Shown here: one piece after another, positions 1 through 11,164 of the stretch
Layout of the letters: every line of letters begins with the position of its first letter
Numbering within the stretch: the first letter of the stretch is position 1
Assembly: GCF_006345805.1 (NCBI RefSeq)
Contig: NC_043010.1
Location: 22,506,001-22,570,000, forward strand
DNA: 64,000 bases
DNA from: Octopus sinensis
Lineage: Eukaryota
Direction: 5' to 3'
Position numbers and translations under genes: made by a program
Notes under the pieces: generated by a model
What the model was told of the DNA's origin: nothing
Seen by the model: the letters and a program-made list of their open reading frames with translations, nothing else
The model's database searches: none

Positions 1-149
1 GAATTCATTATCCTTTTTGTTGATATTTCATTGCTTTTTGGAAATTTTTTGTTCTTTTCTTTTGTTTTTGTTTTAATACTTTTTGCCTTTCGTTTTTCTT
101 TTTTAGCTTCTCAATTGTTAACAAATTTGTTTCATCTTTCAAGAATTCT

Positions 150-1300
150 TTTGTAATGATCGACGATGACACTGGTGGTGGCGGTGGTGGTGGAGGCTGT
201 GGTGGTATTATAATGGTGGCGTTGGTGGTGATGGTGGTTGTGGTAGCAGTTGTTGTGTGGTGACGGTGGTTACGGTGCCGGCGATGGTGGTGGTGGTGGT
301 GATGTTGTTCGTAGTGGTTACCGTGGAACTGGCGACGATGGAAACGGCAATAAGTCTGTAGAATCACCAAGAAGTCACAGCAGAGGCGTGGAGACAAGGA
401 GATTTCGTTAGATGGAACTTCAGGAATGCGTCTGCACGAAGACCGTCACCACCACACCACCACCGCCGCTCTCACCACTACAATCACTTAAGCATTAGTG
501 ACCAGCATTAATACCAACTTCATCATCACCACCACCACTTAAACCATCGCCACCACCACCAATGGACCAACTTCATCGCCGTTACCACCGTCCCCACCAC
601 CACTCCTATTCCCCAGTTAGTGATCACTGTTTACACCAACTTTACCTTCACCATCACCACCACCACCATCATAATCATAACATTCTTCCTATTCACCTTC
701 ATCATCACCATCACCATCATCCTATCGTCATCATCATCATCACCATCCTCCTCATCATCATCAACATCATCACCATCATCATAATCATCACCATCACCAT
801 CATCGTCATCACCATCATCATCATCATCATCATAGTCATCATCATCACCATCATCATCATAGTCATCATCATCACTATAGTCATCATCATCAGTACCACT
901 ATCACTGTCGTCAAAACCATCACCGCCATCACCATCATCACAACTACCACCGTTATCACCACCACCACCACTACCACCTCTGCTACTATTGCTAGTTAAC
1001 TTTTAGTGACCTTCATTAACACCTATTCCGTTACGAGAACAACTAAAAACAGCAGCAGTAACACCTCCACCACCACCTCCAATACCATCCACATCACCAT
1101 CATCACCATCATTACCACCGCCAGCACCACTGCCGCCACCACTAATACATACCATTAGTGCCATTTCCAGCACCCGTGATATTATCACCACCACCACACC
1201 AGCAGCACCACCACATCCACCGCCACCCGAAATAACCACCCTCACCACGATTCGAACCCTCCCCAACTATCTAACCAGCATTTGCATCTTCTAATACAGT
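150..1300. repeat. Compound trinucleotide low-complexity tract (GGT/CAC/CAT)n
   Basis: Continuous ACC/CAC/CAT/ATC repeats; the overlapping ORFs translate to poly-H/I/T/V. Confidence 0.9.
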
Positions 1301-1371
1301 TATGGTTGACGTTCAGGTTGCTGCTTCTGCTGTTGTTGTTGCTGTTATTGTTGTTGTTGTTGCTGTTGTTG

Positions 1372-1786
1372 TTACTACCTCCACCTTAGCGAAGGCGGAG
1401 GTATTGTTTTCAGTCATTTTTGTTTGTCCGTGGACAAGATATCTCAAGAACCGCTGGATGGATTTGGATAAAACTTTCAGGGATGTTTGGCCTCGTGCCT
1501 AGCACGAACTGATTAGATCTTAGTATCAATCCTGTACCGGACAAGGATTCTGGATAATCTTTCTTGTTCTTTCTTTTACTTAAGTTTTGAGATCGGTTGG
1601 GTTCATTTTTATTATTCTCGTTTGTGAGAGCAGTCGAATATTAACCCACGTCTTCTGAACAGGTGTGTTTTATCTATATCAGGGATTCTCAATCATTTTA
1701 AAAAGCAGTGCTTGAATTTGAACAGTGCATAGATATTCTCATCTTAAAAATCATCTCTGGCTAAGCGTTCTGTGACTGCTCTTGTT
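1372..1786 (+). mobile_element. Non-autonomous Helentron-associated (HINE/DINE-1-like) element
   Basis: 5' hairpin TACCTCCACCTT-AGCG-AAGGCGGAGGTA (1376-1403), then TTGTTTGTCCG..ATCTCAAGAACCGCTGGATGGATTTGGATAAAACTTT, and a 3' end GCGTTCTGTGACTGCTCTTGTT. This layout resembles HINE elements as I recall them; it sits in (GTT)n. Confidence 0.55.
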
Positions 1787-1964
1787 GTTGTTGTTGTTGT
1801 TGTTATTGTTGTTGTTACTTCTGCTGTTGATGTTATTCTTGCTTCTGTTGTTGTTTTTGTTGCTTCTGTTGTCGTTGTTGTTGTCGTTGTTGCTGTTATT
1901 GTTGTTGTTGTATTTGTTGTCGCTGTTGTTAGGTTCCGTTATTTGGCTTAAATATTAATATTAC

Positions 1965-2048
<84 letters not shown>

Positions 2049-2053
2049 AGTAT

Positions 2054-2450
2054 GGTTGCGAATTGGCTGAAATCCTTAGCACGTTGCACCAAATGCTTAG
2101 CGGTATTTCGTCTGTCGTTACGTTGAGAGTTCAAATTCCGCCGAGCGCGACTTTGCCTTTCATCCTTTCGGGTCGATTAAATAAGTACCAGTTACGCACT
2201 GGGGTCGAAATAATCGAGTTAATCCGTTTGTATGTCCTTGTTTGTCCTCTCTGTGTTTAACCCCTTGTGAGTAGTAAAGCAATAGGTATTTCGGCTCTCG
2301 CTACATTCTGAGTTCAAATTCTGCCGAGATCGACTTTGCCTTTCATTCTTTCAGGGTCAATAAATTAAGTACCAGTGAAATACAGGGTCATTCTAACCAA
2401 CTGCTACCCTCCCCCAAAATAGCTGCTCTTGTGGCAAAATTTGAAACCAT
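2054..2450 (+). mobile_element. SINE family A (tRNA-derived head, internally duplicated module)
   Basis: B-box-like GAGTTCAAATTCCGCC followed by GACTTTGCCTTTCATCCTTTCGGGTCGAT..AAGTACCAG; the module occurs twice, and about 10 copies are present in the window. Confidence 0.85.
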
Positions 2451-2745
2451 TATTATAATTTTTATTATTATTATACTATGTTTGACTTTTGCTTTATATT
2501 TGTACAAGTTGGCTCCAAGTCTCACTCAGAGACCTAAAGAGACAACAGGTTGGAAGTTCATGCTGTTGTTATGCCTAGTGTGCCATATATTTGCGGTTTT
2601 TTTTAGTGTTGTACTGGTGAATGTCTAAAAAAAAAAGAAATATACGAAAATTATGTTTGTTTTAAAACTTGAGATTACATAGAAAGTATTTTGCGTAGGA
2701 TATGAGCAGTTCTCATCAGCACTATCTTTTGAATTTCTGAATATG

Positions 2746-2842
<97 letters not shown>

Positions 2843-2843
2843 T

Positions 2844-3349
2844 TGAGTGAGAGAGCAGTGCATGCCATCAATGTGACACAAGGGTACAAATATACGAAGC
2901 CCAGTATACCCATCATGACTACCCGTCTCATAAGGGTACACCAGGCACTTGCATCACAACCATATGTACACGACATGGTGATCTCATATCAAGATAGACA
3001 GCGCATGACATTGCAGGTGGGGCTCAGTTAGAATTTCCTTCTGGTCGTGTAGCCCATCCCGCTCAAAAAGTCCCCGAATAAGGGTTGTTTAAGGATGTTG
3101 AACGAAACACCTATGTTTCCAGAGGGGAATTATTCAAACTCCAAAAGAATCCTTCTCAACACATGGTTATGATGCTCCCCAACTACTTCTGCTCCTGATC
3201 AGAGATGCACATATCGTCAGCCACTAAGGGACATGCTCAACTGGTGAAGGTCAAACAACTGACAAGCAAATCTGTGGTATTAAGCAGAATATTTGCTGTA
3301 GCCCATCTTTTATACCAAGGGAAAACAATGTAGAGGATAATACTTCTAA
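2844..3349 (-). mobile_element. Unclassified retroposon 3' region (family C) with (TAA/TAC)n tail
   Basis: Homologous to 50446-50647. Both copies end at the same base (CTCTCACTCA on the minus strand) directly against a TTA/TAG trinucleotide run. Confidence 0.6.
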
Positions 3350-3373
3350 TCAGAATATATATTCATATATATA

Positions 3374-3660
3374 TACTCTTTTACTTGTTTCAGACTTATT
3401 TTTTAATCGTAGTACTTATTCTATCAGACTCTTTTACCGGTTGTCAAGAGGTGATGGTGCGGGGGCGAATAAACATAGACACAAAGTGAGACACAAAGAT
3501 ATATACACATATATACGACGGGCTTGTTTCAGTTTCCGTCTACCAAACCCACTCGGAAGGCTTTGGTTGGCCCCAGGCTATAGTGGAAGACACTTGCCCA
3601 AGGTTCCAAGCAGTGGGACTGAACCCGGAACCATGTTGTTGGGAAGCAAGCTTCTTACGC
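3374..3660 (-). mobile_element. SINE family B (CORE-like, resembles octopus OR-type SINEs)
   Basis: Reverse complement of GGTTCAGTCCCACTGC..CCTTGGGCAAGTGTCTT head and GAAACAAGTAAAAGAGTA tail; more than 10 copies in the window. Confidence 0.85.
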
Positions 3661-4489
3661 ATTTTTCTTTAATATATTTCCTTCGTCTTTTACCATTTCA
3701 TGTTTGTCTTTCCCTTTCATCTTTCTAACATAAATTCTTATTCATTTCATTTAATTTATTTTTAAATCACAACCCATTAATAAAAGAACTATTTTAAAAA
3801 TTTTATTATATTTATTTTCTCCTTTTATGTACAACAGAGTGTTTTTTTCGTTTTTTTCTCAAAGCATTAATGGAATAATTTTTACCATATTTTAACCCCA
3901 CCCCTCTCATTTAATCATGCATGACAACAAAGACAAAATAACATAAACATATACATCAAAATAAAAGCTAAAACAAAAAACACTACACTGTCACTATTTA
4001 CTTTTTAAGTTGCTATCACATGTTACGGCTGGTCGCCAGATTTTGTCCAACAAAGAAGATGGCAAAGAAAAGAAGAAAAGAAAATAGATTTGTATTAGCA
4101 ATATTGATTCGCTTCTTGTTTGTCACAATGAAGGAAACAAGCACTCGCACACACACGAATACAAACGCATGCGCACGCACACACACACATACACACACAC
4201 AGACGTCCGCACACAGTTGCTCACATGCATTCGTGCGCACTTGCACGCATGGAGCAAAGAACGACAGCAAATAAAGACAATCGGCATCATCGATTAACGT
4301 CCGTTATCCATGCTGACATGGGTTGGACGGAGATATATAAAAGAAATAGAGATGTAAAGCAGTCTACATGTGTGTGTGTGTGTGTGTGGTGTGTGTGTAG
4401 ATGTGTCTGTATGTATGAATATTTAAGGACGTGTAGAGGCATACGTATATATGCTTCTGTGTATATATGTATCTATGTGTGTGTGTATG

Positions 4490-4557
<68 letters not shown>

Positions 4558-4595
4558 TGCATATATGTATGTATGTATATATATATATATATATA

Positions 4596-4800
4596 GGCGC
4601 AGCAGTGGCTGTGTAGTAAGAAGCCTGCATGGTTCTGGGTTCAGTCCCACTGCGTGGTACCTTAGGCAAGTATCTTCCACTCGCCTCGGGCCGACCAAAA
4701 CATTGTGAGTGGAAACTGAAAGAAGCCTGTCATGTATATGTGTGTGTTCGTATTTATTTGTGTGTTTGTGTTTATCGCCCCACCATCTCTTGACAACACA
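4596..4800 (+). mobile_element. SINE family B
   Basis: GGCGCAGCAGTGGCTGTGTAGTAAG..GGTTCAGTCCCACTGCGTGG head. Confidence 0.8.
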
Positions 4801-4899
4801 CAGTTATCGGTTGTAATGCGATGGCAGGGTGACAAACACTCACACTCACGTTCGCGCGCGCGTGCATGTATGTATATACTTCTATACTTTTACACCTTA

Positions 4900-5185
4900 A
4901 CTTGTTTCAGTTATTTCACTGAGGTCATTTTGCCGAAACGCTAAGATATGAGGGCGTAAATTCAACAGCATCGGTTGTCAAGCGATGGAGTGGAGGGACA
5001 AATAAAGACATACAAATACATACATATATATACGGCGGGCTTTTTCAGTTTCCCTCTATCAAATCCACTCACAAGGCTTTGGTCGGCTATCGCAGAAGAC
5101 ACTTGCCCAAGGTGCCACACAGTGGGACTGAACCCGGGACCAAGTGGTTGGGAACCAAGCTTCTCACCACACAGCCACTCCTATG
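4900..5185 (-). mobile_element. SINE family B
   Basis: Reverse complement of head ends at CACACAGCCACTCC (~5182). Confidence 0.8.
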
Positions 5186-5269
5186 AGTGTGTGTGTGTGT
5201 GTGTGTACACTCCCTTATACTTACACATATACATATGTAACAATTCATATGATAATTACAAAATATTTA

Positions 5270-5530
5270 AAGGGCAACCATTGATGGCCCTCCGTCGGCT
5301 ACGACAAGTTTTCCAGTTGATGCGATCAACAGAACAGCCTACTTGTGAAATTAAAGTCCAAGTGGTTGAGTACACCATAGACACGTGAAGTGTTAGCGTA
5401 GTATTCAGAGACTTTCAGCGTGACACAGAGTGTGACCAGACTGGCCCCTTTTAAATTACAGGTACTATTCACATTTACCTGCTGAATGAACTGGAGCAGC
5501 GTGAAAATAAAATGTCTTGCTCAAGAACAC
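5270..5530 (-). mobile_element. SINE family D fragment
   Basis: CTGGAGCAGCGTGAAAATAAAATGTCTTGCTCAAGAACACAAC shared with 24030-24060 and 52040-52085. Confidence 0.65.
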
Positions 5531-5544
5531 AACGTTTCGGGACT

Positions 5545-5705
5545 TCTCGTTCGATTTTTCGTTCTGACTTCAAATTCCACCGACGTCCACTTTGCCTTTC
5601 ATCATTTCGTGATCTTTAAAATAAATACCAGTTGAATACTGGGGTCGATGTAATTGACTTACACACTTCGACCAATTGCTGGCCTTGTGCCAAAATCTGA
5701 AATAA
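5545..5705 (+). mobile_element. SINE family A partial
   Basis: TTCAAATTCCACCGACGTCCACTTTGCCTTTCATC..ATACCAGTTGAATACTGGGGTCGAT. Confidence 0.7.
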
Positions 5706-6131
5706 TTATTTATTTATTTATTTATTTAATTATTTACTTACTTTCGTTTTCTTTCGGTGTGTCCGTATTAAAAGACGCCAATGAGCAGTTTACGGCAACG
5801 GTGTCCTTAGTTATTCAATTTCCCCCTTCTTCCTTTTCCTTTATAATCAAAATAAACAAACAAAAATAACAATAAGCAACAAAGAAAGAAAAAAGAACAA
5901 AGATAAAAAAATAAAGAGTGCAAATAAAAATACAAAAAAAAACAAGCAAATTCTTTGGCTTTTCATCTCGATGCCATCTGAGGTTCTTTAGTGTTATTTG
6001 ATGCGCATTTATTGGGGAGTAAATTGGTATTTAAACCAGTTCGATTTCAGATCGATATTACAATGAAATTTTTGTGTTATGCGGTTGTTAATTAACGAGC
6101 GAAGCATCATCAGAACCCTGCCGCTTGCATT

Positions 6132-6183
<52 letters not shown>

Positions 6184-6199
6184 TGTGCGTGTAATTATA

Positions 6200-6401
6200 G
6201 TGACCGCGTGTGTACCGTTGGCGATTTTTTTCCTCTCTCTTCCCTTCTCTGGATGTTTCCTTCTCCTATGTTTCCGACGAAGAGCTCCGCTCGAAACGTA
6301 AAACCGTCCTTCTTCCCTTCCTTCCTGAGCGTCCAATAATACTATATTTGTTCCACGTCCTCGCGTTGTTGTGTTTTCTCCTTGTGTTTTCATATTTGGA
6401 T

Positions 6402-6406
<5 letters not shown>
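6200..6406 (+). mobile_element. PLE pseudo-LTR-like short element (family P1) carrying a hammerhead motif
   Basis: Homologous to 50646-50853; contains a hammerhead core and is followed by (TA)n in both copies. Confidence 0.65.
6270..6304 (+). ncRNA. Minimal type I hammerhead-like motif (HHR1)
   Basis: GTTT-CCGACGA-A-GAGC(TCC)GCTC-GAA-ACGT-A|AAAC. Stem I GTTT/AAAC, stem II GAGC/GCTC, palindromic stem III ACGT, GUA triplet. The paralogue at 50721 has the canonical CTGACGA core. Confidence 0.6.
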
Positions 6407-6444
<38 letters not shown>

Positions 6445-6449
<5 letters not shown>

Positions 6450-6718
6450 TGCAGCGTGGAAGGTGTTTGTAAGCCATTTAAGAAACACACAAAAGCCGTT
6501 CGATTCACTTCAACATTTAAGTTTAATTTGTCAAAATATTTTCGTCGCTTTAAGACCGCGACCTGTTCACTGACAAATATCCGTTTTTGTCAGTGAACAG
6601 GTCGCGGTCTTAAAGCGACGAAAATATTTTGACAAATTAAACTTAAATGTTGAAGTGAATCGAACGGCTTTTGTGTGTTTCTTAAATGGCTTACAAACAC
6701 CTTCCACGCAGCAATTGT
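6445..6718. repeat. Near-perfect 133-bp inverted repeat with 8-nt spacer (inverted PLE-type LTR fragment)
   Basis: Arms 6445-6577 and 6586-6718, one mismatch seen by eye, spacer TATCCGTT, preceded by (TA)n. Confidence 0.9.
6586..6636 (+). ncRNA. Type I hammerhead fold with G3:C8 variant core (HHR2); mirrored on the minus strand at 6527-6577
   Basis: TTTGTCA-GTGAACA-G-GTCGC(GGTCTTAAA)GCGAC-GAA-AATATT-T|TGACAAA: 7-bp stem I, 5-bp stem II, palindromic stem III. Confidence 0.6.
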
Positions 6719-6850
6719 TTTCGTTTCAGCACACGATCTCAGATCAAATCACTTGCTACGCAAGTACATCTCCCTATATATATATATTTATATATATATA
6801 TGTATGTGAGCAATCATCTAAACGTTTTTTGTGCATTTTGATGTTGACAT

Positions 6851-6955
6851 AAGTTCCTTGCTTTTCCTGATGAGAAAGCGGCATAATGTACTCCTCATTC
6901 CTTCGCAATTAGGAATATGCAGCCTTCGAAACATATGTCGAAAATAAAGGAATTT
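6851..6955 (+). ncRNA. Canonical type I hammerhead ribozyme (HHR3)
   Basis: Stem I TTCCTT..TTTTC (6854-6866) / GAAAA..AAGGAA (6940-6952); core CTGATGA 6867-6873; stem II GAAAGCGGCATA/TATGCAGCCTTC with two mismatches; GAA; palindromic stem III ACATATGT; GUC cleavage after 6939. Confidence 0.75.
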
Positions 6956-7114
6956 TGTTAATTCGTCGTTCAACTCCATTCTTTCATATACTTATATATA
7001 TATATATATAATTACACGCACACACACACATACACACACACACATATACATACACATACATATATACATACATACATATATAAATATACATACATACATA
7101 TACATATATATATA

Positions 7115-7159
<45 letters not shown>

Positions 7160-7719
7160 CCTATACATCTTACACACAGATAGACACACGGCAAAAAGCA
7201 TATATATAACTATACATATATGTATACATGTGTGTGTGTATGTGCGTATGTGTATCCTTTATATGTGTATGTGTATATATATATATACACATATGTACAT
7301 AATTGCACTTATGTGTGCATATGTATCTCTGTGGGCATTATATAACATACGTATAAATATTTATATATGCAGACCTATATTTTCTACAGATATATAAACA
7401 CAATCGCTCGTGGTCCCCTGCTGACATAGTGTGAGTTAAATATGTTTATCAGACATAAAATGTATACTGTGCATGATTATGTAACAGCTAAAATATAGAA
7501 TATTATGTTTATTCTAAAATTTCAGATATTTACATATTGTAACTTTTATATGCATATCTATGCCTATATCATCACAAACATGGTGTATAAATAAGCCCAT
7601 ATATATATAAAGTTCACAGTTTAGGTGTAGCCTTGGAAAGAAAAACCTACAAAAAAGACCAAGGTCACCTCAGACAGTTTGAAAATGAACACACGAGTAA
7701 GTCACGTTGTCTCTTTTGG

Positions 7720-10700
7720 TTACAGATTCACGCTTAAAATGGTGTCGTCTTTCATACTGACCATTTTTGCTACTTTTACCCACTTTTTATTAAAACAATC
7801 GTTCGACAAAGCCTTCCTCTCTATTCTCATCCTCCTTTTCAAGTGGTACTTGAAAAAGTTGACGAGGGACTGACCAGAGAGGAAGGTGTTTGTTTGCAGT
7901 CCTTTCAAACGCGTCCACCACACACATTCTTTCGCCATAGCCATCAGCGTAACGAAAACCGTTTTCCCTTCCCGTTTAAAGGAAGGTGGTGGAACAATAT
8001 TCACGATAGACTCGGCCGATAAGCGGGCCCGTCCTACACGCGACAACAGCTGTTCGACGAAGGTCCACAGCTCTGAAATATCTGGACACTGCACGATGCG
8101 TGCAGAACGGTTTCGTCGCTCTGACCGCATCTCGGGCAGGTCGGTCCGGTGATGGTCTTCGAACCGTGCCTGTAGCTTTTCTCTCGAACAGGTAGTGCGT
8201 CTCTATAGCATTGCCAAGCCAAGGATTTCTGGAAGCTATCCACAGACCCAACATCGTCCTGAACTGGCGGGCTAGGAATTTCTCGTCGACGCCCAGGTTT
8301 GCCCCGAGTGTGTCGTCGGACCTCCCCTCCACTAGTCCTCTATAGAACGCTTTAGTCGTTTATAAGTTGCACAAGTTTGACCCCGGTCGGCAAAGCTGCT
8401 GTAGAGCTTGGCGACACTCTCGGTGCCAATCACCCAGTTTCGGTCTCTTCTTGATCCACGTTTGCAGTTCGGTCAGTGAGACGAGCCTCACAAACGGCGC
8501 CCACAGCTGTTCACCGTCATCGATGAAGTTCCAGAGATGTCACAGTCTCATCGCATGCCTGCGCATCATCGACCACGGCATGCCCAGTCCTCCATTCAAC
8601 GGATGTTGACAGCAAATGGACTTCCTCACCATCGAAACGCCACCCTTCCACATGAAGCGGAAGAGTATGCGTTCCAGTTTGGTGATGGTGGCGTCAGGAC
8701 AAGGCACGACGGTCAGGCGGTAATCGATGACGGATGCGATGTACGCGTTCGCCACCTCCGCCCGATCTTTTAGAGACAGCTTTCTCTCGGCCCATGTTTG
8801 GCTGAGAGCGACCACTCTACTCGTGATCTCGTCCCAGTTCTTATCCATTTGGAGGTCCGGACTGAACCAGACCCCGAGCAATTTAACCGGTCCGTCCGTC
8901 CAGCGTCCCACTACTGACCCGCAGTCGGACGGCATGGGCTTGCTTCTCCAGGTACCGAGTAGCAAACCCACTGACTTTTCCGGGTTAATTTTCGCTCCCG
9001 TCACCGTTTCGTATTTTCTTAGTGTCTCGCCTATCATCTGGATGTGTTTTTCGCTCGACACTATGACGATGACATCGTCCGCATATACTGACACGCTCGT
9101 CCCGCAACCCAGTTCCCGTGGATGCCCCTCAGTGTCGCCAGCTTCTGCAGTAGCGGCTCGAGTCAATACATACAGAAGCGCCGACAGAGGACACCCCTGA
9201 CGGACCGAACGCGTGATGTCAAACGGTTTCGACAGGTGACCGTTCACCCGAATCACTGATCGGATGCCGCGATACAAGGCAGCGATCAACCGCGGAAGAC
9301 GGGACCGAAGCCAGCCGCCCTGAGGACGGCTGCCAAGTACCGATGGTCGACTCTATCGAAGGCTTTAGACTGATCCAAATTGATCAGCGCCCCACCCATG
9401 CCAGGATCCTTAACTACCCTGTCCACAATGTAGCGCATCAGATGGAGGTTGTCATGTATCGTTCTGCCCCGCACGGCGCATATTTGCGCCCTGTCGACCA
9501 GTTTACCAATGACAAGCGCCAACCTCTCGGCTATTACTTTGGCCAAAATTTTCAAATCTGCGTTGAGCAGAGTGATGGGCCTGAAATTATCTATAAAATT
9601 CCCCTTGTTTGGATCTTTCTTCAGCAACGTCACTGCACCTCAGCTCACGAAACTGGGGATTCTCCCGTTTTGTTGCCAGTTGCAGTAGACTGATGCCAAG
9701 AGGTCGCCAAACAAGTCTGGCATTTGACAATACAGCTCTTAAGGTAAACCATCCAATCCAGGCGACTTATCTCTCGCATGCCCGCCATCGCATCCCGCAC
9801 GTCAGCAGCTGTGATGGGACTTTCACAACACTCCGCTTCTCTTCCCGAGAGCCGCGGCAGGTCGGTCAGGTAGGCACTGAAATCCATCCCGCGTTCCGAC
9901 CCACCACTCGCACCAAACAGTCGAGCAAAGTGCTGTTGAAAGGCCTCACACATCCTTTCGGGTTCGAGTAAACTGCATCCCTGTTGATCAATTAGAAACC
10001 GAATGGTGGCTCTGCTGCCACGTTGCGCCTCTGCTACCCGGGCCTCTCGCGCAGCTTCGATCCCTTCGTTCCTTCGTGTTTGGCGTTGAGGTGTTGGTCG
10101 AGGGCCATCCTCGCAGCCAGCACGTTGGTTGCGCTGCCAGTGGTAAGTGCCTCTTCTAGTTTCTTAACCAGGTCTCCCTCTACTCTATTTCGATCAATCG
10201 CTAATTCCTTGCTAAACCTAATTGTTTCCGATTTTATTGCCATTTTCAAGGCGAACCACCAGCGGTTGTTAACGACGGCTCCCGCCGACGCCCTCTTAAT
10301 TAACTCGCTAATCCAGTTCCTGTAAATCTGTCGCGCTAAGAGCGACGTGTTCAGTTTCCAGTAGCCAGGACCCTGTCTATGTGTCTTATCTAAGTCGAGC
10401 GTACACGTCACAAATTTGTGATCTGTGTAGCTGACTATTTTAAATTGTGGACATCGTTACACTATCCCTATCCGCTGTCCTGCATAGAATTCTATCTAGA
10501 TAAGATCTCGACGATCCGACGTGATTTGTCCAAGTCCACGTTGGCATGTTCGGATGGTCGAGTCGGAACCTTTCAGACAACTGGAAACGTCTGAGTAGGT
10601 CTCTGAGGCACTTACACTCCCTTCTATTCCTATCCATTCCCACATGGTCTAGATGCGTGTCCAAGGTAGCGTTCCAATCCCCTACTAACAGTAAAGGTCT

Positions 10701-11099
10701 AGACGTACCCAGGAAATCCTCTAGACGTCTGAAGAAATCTGCCCGACCCGTTAAGGACGGTGCATAAACTGCCATCAGACGGAATGCACACCCATTTCTG
10801 CCATCCACGTCCAAGACAACCAGTCTAACCTCCGGGTCTAGGAATATTGTTCTTACTTTTACATTTAGACTCTTTCGAAAAAGTACCGCGTTACCTCCAC
10901 CACCCATGTTCGACAGACAGGGAGAAAAATAAATGTCGAATTGCTCGCCAAACATGGACGCGAGGGCCCGCAGCTTGCTGAGTCTGGTTTCACTGATAGC
11001 TACTATATCCACGTTCAGTGACTTGATGTCGTTTAGAAGGTAACCTTGCTTCCAAGCCGACGCCAAGCCACGCACATTCACACAACCTAATTTAAGCAT
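7720..11099 (-). pseudogene. Tx1 ORF2 (APE endonuclease-RT-CCHC), multiple frameshifts
   Basis: ORF pieces carry GCVNVRGL, ETRL, LVGDWNA, SYLDRIL, FRPITLLNAD, DQSKAFDRVDH, RQGCPLS, YADDV, CPRCGQSDETVLH. Confidence 0.92.
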
Positions 11100-11164
11100 A
11101 ATTGATGTTTAAGAAATTGTGTTTCACACATTACATTGAAAGAGACAAGAGGCATGAGGGAAGG

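Noticed and set aside
8-1266. Poly-His/Ile/Thr/Val ORFs
   Set aside because: Translations of trinucleotide repeats; open on both strands, with no complex domain.
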